Positions 61,806 through 64,000 of a stretch of 64,000 nucleotides of DNA are shown in pieces. This stretch comes from Macrostomum lignano (Eukaryota), in assembly GCA_002269645.1 (NCBI GenBank), contig NIVC01000362.1:248001-312000 (forward strand). Reading direction: 5' to 3'. The position numbers were made by a program, and so were the translations under genes. How positions within the stretch are numbered: the stretch's first letter is position 1; every line of letters begins with the position of its first letter. The notes under the pieces were generated by a model. The model was not told the DNA's origin, ran no database searches, and saw only the letters and a program-made list of their open reading frames with translations.

Positions 61806-62339
61806 TGTAACGTTGTGCCAAGAGGCCTACCAGTTGTTTTAATGCACTTATTCTGCGGATATATAAATACCGCGCGCACCGATTCGAATTTCCGCGCTTG
61901 TTCTTGTAGGCCCAGAGTTGCCTCGTGGCCCGGACTGTGTGCTCCAGGTAGTATTGCCTTGTAAGATCGGCCAGGTGTGCCTGACAAACTATAGTCCATG
62001 ACTAGTTATTAGTAACTATTGAGTCTTAGTTGAGCACTGCTCCTAAGTACTAAGTTAGGGTAGCCAACTAAATCTTAGCTATATAACAAACTGTGTTAGT
62101 AAGGACACAGGAGGCCGAGCTTATCTTTGTGTTTTGTTTATTACTTTTGCTAAGGTTAATATCATTTTCTGCTGGTGCGCTAGTTTCAATATTTGTTAAT
62201 TTATCGTTTAATAATTACATTTGATAGTTTATTAAGTTACTGTTCAACTTAAGCTCAAGTGCTAATTCAAGTTATTCAAGTCTCTTTAATAGCGATTTTG
62301 GCTCAGTCATTTTAATCATAGCTTCGATTGGTGGCAGCG
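61806..62339 (+). mobile_element. Probable 5' LTR plus PBS of another LTR retrotransposon
   Basis: Starts TGTAACG; TATATAAATA near 61860; TGGTGGCAGCG at 62329-62339 is complementary to the tRNA-Leu 3' end. The canonical CA end is absent and no gag is recognised. Confidence 0.4.
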
Positions 62340-63439
62340 AACTACCTTTCGTGACATATTTAGTTTGGGAATTGATTATCGATACATTGGGGAACGTAAC
62401 TCATCAAGGCATTGCTCTATCAGACCATCTCAGGGTACCGCTCTTCGACTGGTGCAAAATAAGCAGTTTAGCCTTAGGCCAATTCTCGGAAAGCTACCGA
62501 AAGTTAAAGTTATTTGGGACTCTTGTCCACCCGGAAATAGAGGAACCAGTCACTCCGCTCACTAAGAGTTCGCGGACAAGAGGTCCGTCTGAGCAAGGTC
62601 AGACGCTGAATCATCAGAGTGCTAGAGTGCGTGTGAGTCATAGTCTACCGACAAACAAAGACTCTAGGAACCACGAGGCCCAGAGAAAAACTATATTTCC
62701 GCGGACCATAGGGCCCATAGGAAATTATAGGGCACTCGCGACAGGAGGTCCATTTGAGCTCTGCGCCGGAGTTAATATTCTTGGTAGACTACTCGCCAGC
62801 AGTAGCCAATTAAGTTATAGCGTTAGTCGCAATTTCATAGGTAAAGTTAGTAGCCAACACCGGAACCCCTTATTAACGAGCGTAACACCTTTTACAATTG
62901 GTTTCTTAGCGGTGGAATTTAGAGGCTACCACCGGAACCATTTATTAAAAATCCACCCGTTTACAATATTCATTACTTTATATCATTATTAGAGTACTAT
63001 ATTATTAACAGTAGAACTACCAAGAGGGGGAATCCCCCATCCCTGCATGACAATTTTTTTCTGCGCGTTCTATAGTTTTTTAGTTGTGTGGTTTTATTTC
63101 TCTAGTTTCGCTGATCGCTCGACTGTGGGCAAGCCTCAACTGCTGGACATCCTCAGCTAGTCTCTCAAGCATTCCGTCATCACCCTGACGCCGCACCCTG
63201 ACGCCGTCGGCACCTTCAACAGATATCGATCTGCCTTATAAAATCACATGTATTTTAAATGGGAGCACATCGAAAATCGGTGCCATTTCGAGCCAGAGTG
63301 ACAGATCGAGCTGAAACTGTATATTTATCGGTTTCTGGTTTGCATTTTTAGTGTATAAAACTAGCAATCTACGCCCCCCGTTGGGGAGCCAAAGAAATGT
63401 AATACACGTTTTTTTAATAAGCTACTGTAGTCTTGAAAT

Positions 63440-64000
63440 CTTAAAAAATCTCCTGTCAAACTTTTAACACTAACCCTAACCCTAAACAAAACCCTAAATT
63501 CAATATTTTGTCCATGGGTTGTTGCATGATGCTTCTATAATTTTTACATGACGCTTCCATTATTTTTGCATCATGCTTCCATGATAAACATTTTTAATAA
63601 GCTACATGAGCTAAAGTTATAAACTACTCTAACCCTAACCCTAACACGAATCTTAACGCAATAACCCTGAACCTAACCCTAAACCTAAACCATAATACCA
63701 ACCGAACACTAACCCTACAGCCTGACATCTGCATAAGTTTGTAAAGCGCTAGTAGTATTTTTTAGCTTAGTATCTTAGCGTCGGGGAGCCAAAAATGCAG
63801 TACAAGTTTTGTAATAAAGTACATGTAGAATCTTTTTGCAATATATATCAGAAGCCCCTTGTAAGCCTTGACATGTCAGTAATTCCCCCCCCCCCCACAA
63901 GCTTTAACATATCAACTTCCCCCTTGAAATTTCAGCAATGCCCCCCAATAAGCCTTGAAATCTAAAAAAAATCTGTCAAACTTCTAACCCTAACCTTACC
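63440..64000. repeat. Element with interspersed telomere-like (CCCTAA)n tracts
   Basis: TAACCCTAACCCTAA tracts near 63470, 63630-63715 and 63985; the block AAAAATCT..GTCAAACTT..AAC recurs. Confidence 0.7.

Noticed and set aside
62351-62992. 213-aa ORF as a host gene or gag
   Set aside because: Non-ATG start, no domain or gag motif, and it directly follows a PBS-like site.

Overview
Eukaryotic (invertebrate) genomic DNA with spliced genes, GC-rich codons and introns packed with minisatellites. The style is consistent with a flatworm such as Macrostomum; the species is my inference and was not checked. Supported host genes: a 3-exon PHAF1/C16orf70 (UPF0183) gene on minus; a divergent 3-exon RPS4 gene on plus; a 3-exon C11orf54 (DUF1907) gene on plus; an intronless temptin-domain copper monooxygenase (DBH/MOXD1-like) on minus; and a 1132-aa protein of tandem LRAT/PLAAT-like domains in which only the last keeps the catalytic NCEHF motif. 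There is probably also an unidentified plus-strand gene at 47-49.5 kb. The rest is repetitive: about a dozen mini/microsatellite arrays, two tRNA-derived SINE families (three copies each), hAT- and Mutator-type MITEs with exact target-site duplications, three defective Ty3/Gypsy elements, a Crypton fragment and LTR-like relics. The most interesting signals are: (1) the multi-LRAT pseudoenzyme/enzyme array; (2) an in-frame exon bracketed by inverted arrays of the same minisatellite, a circRNA/exon-skipping geometry; (3) a CpG-deamination footprint around a CpG-retaining island between PHAF1 and RPS4; (4) the DOMON-less temptin monooxygenase; (5) a Crypton deletion derivative with palindromic flanks. 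Most long ORFs in the track are repeat-derived or antisense shadows.
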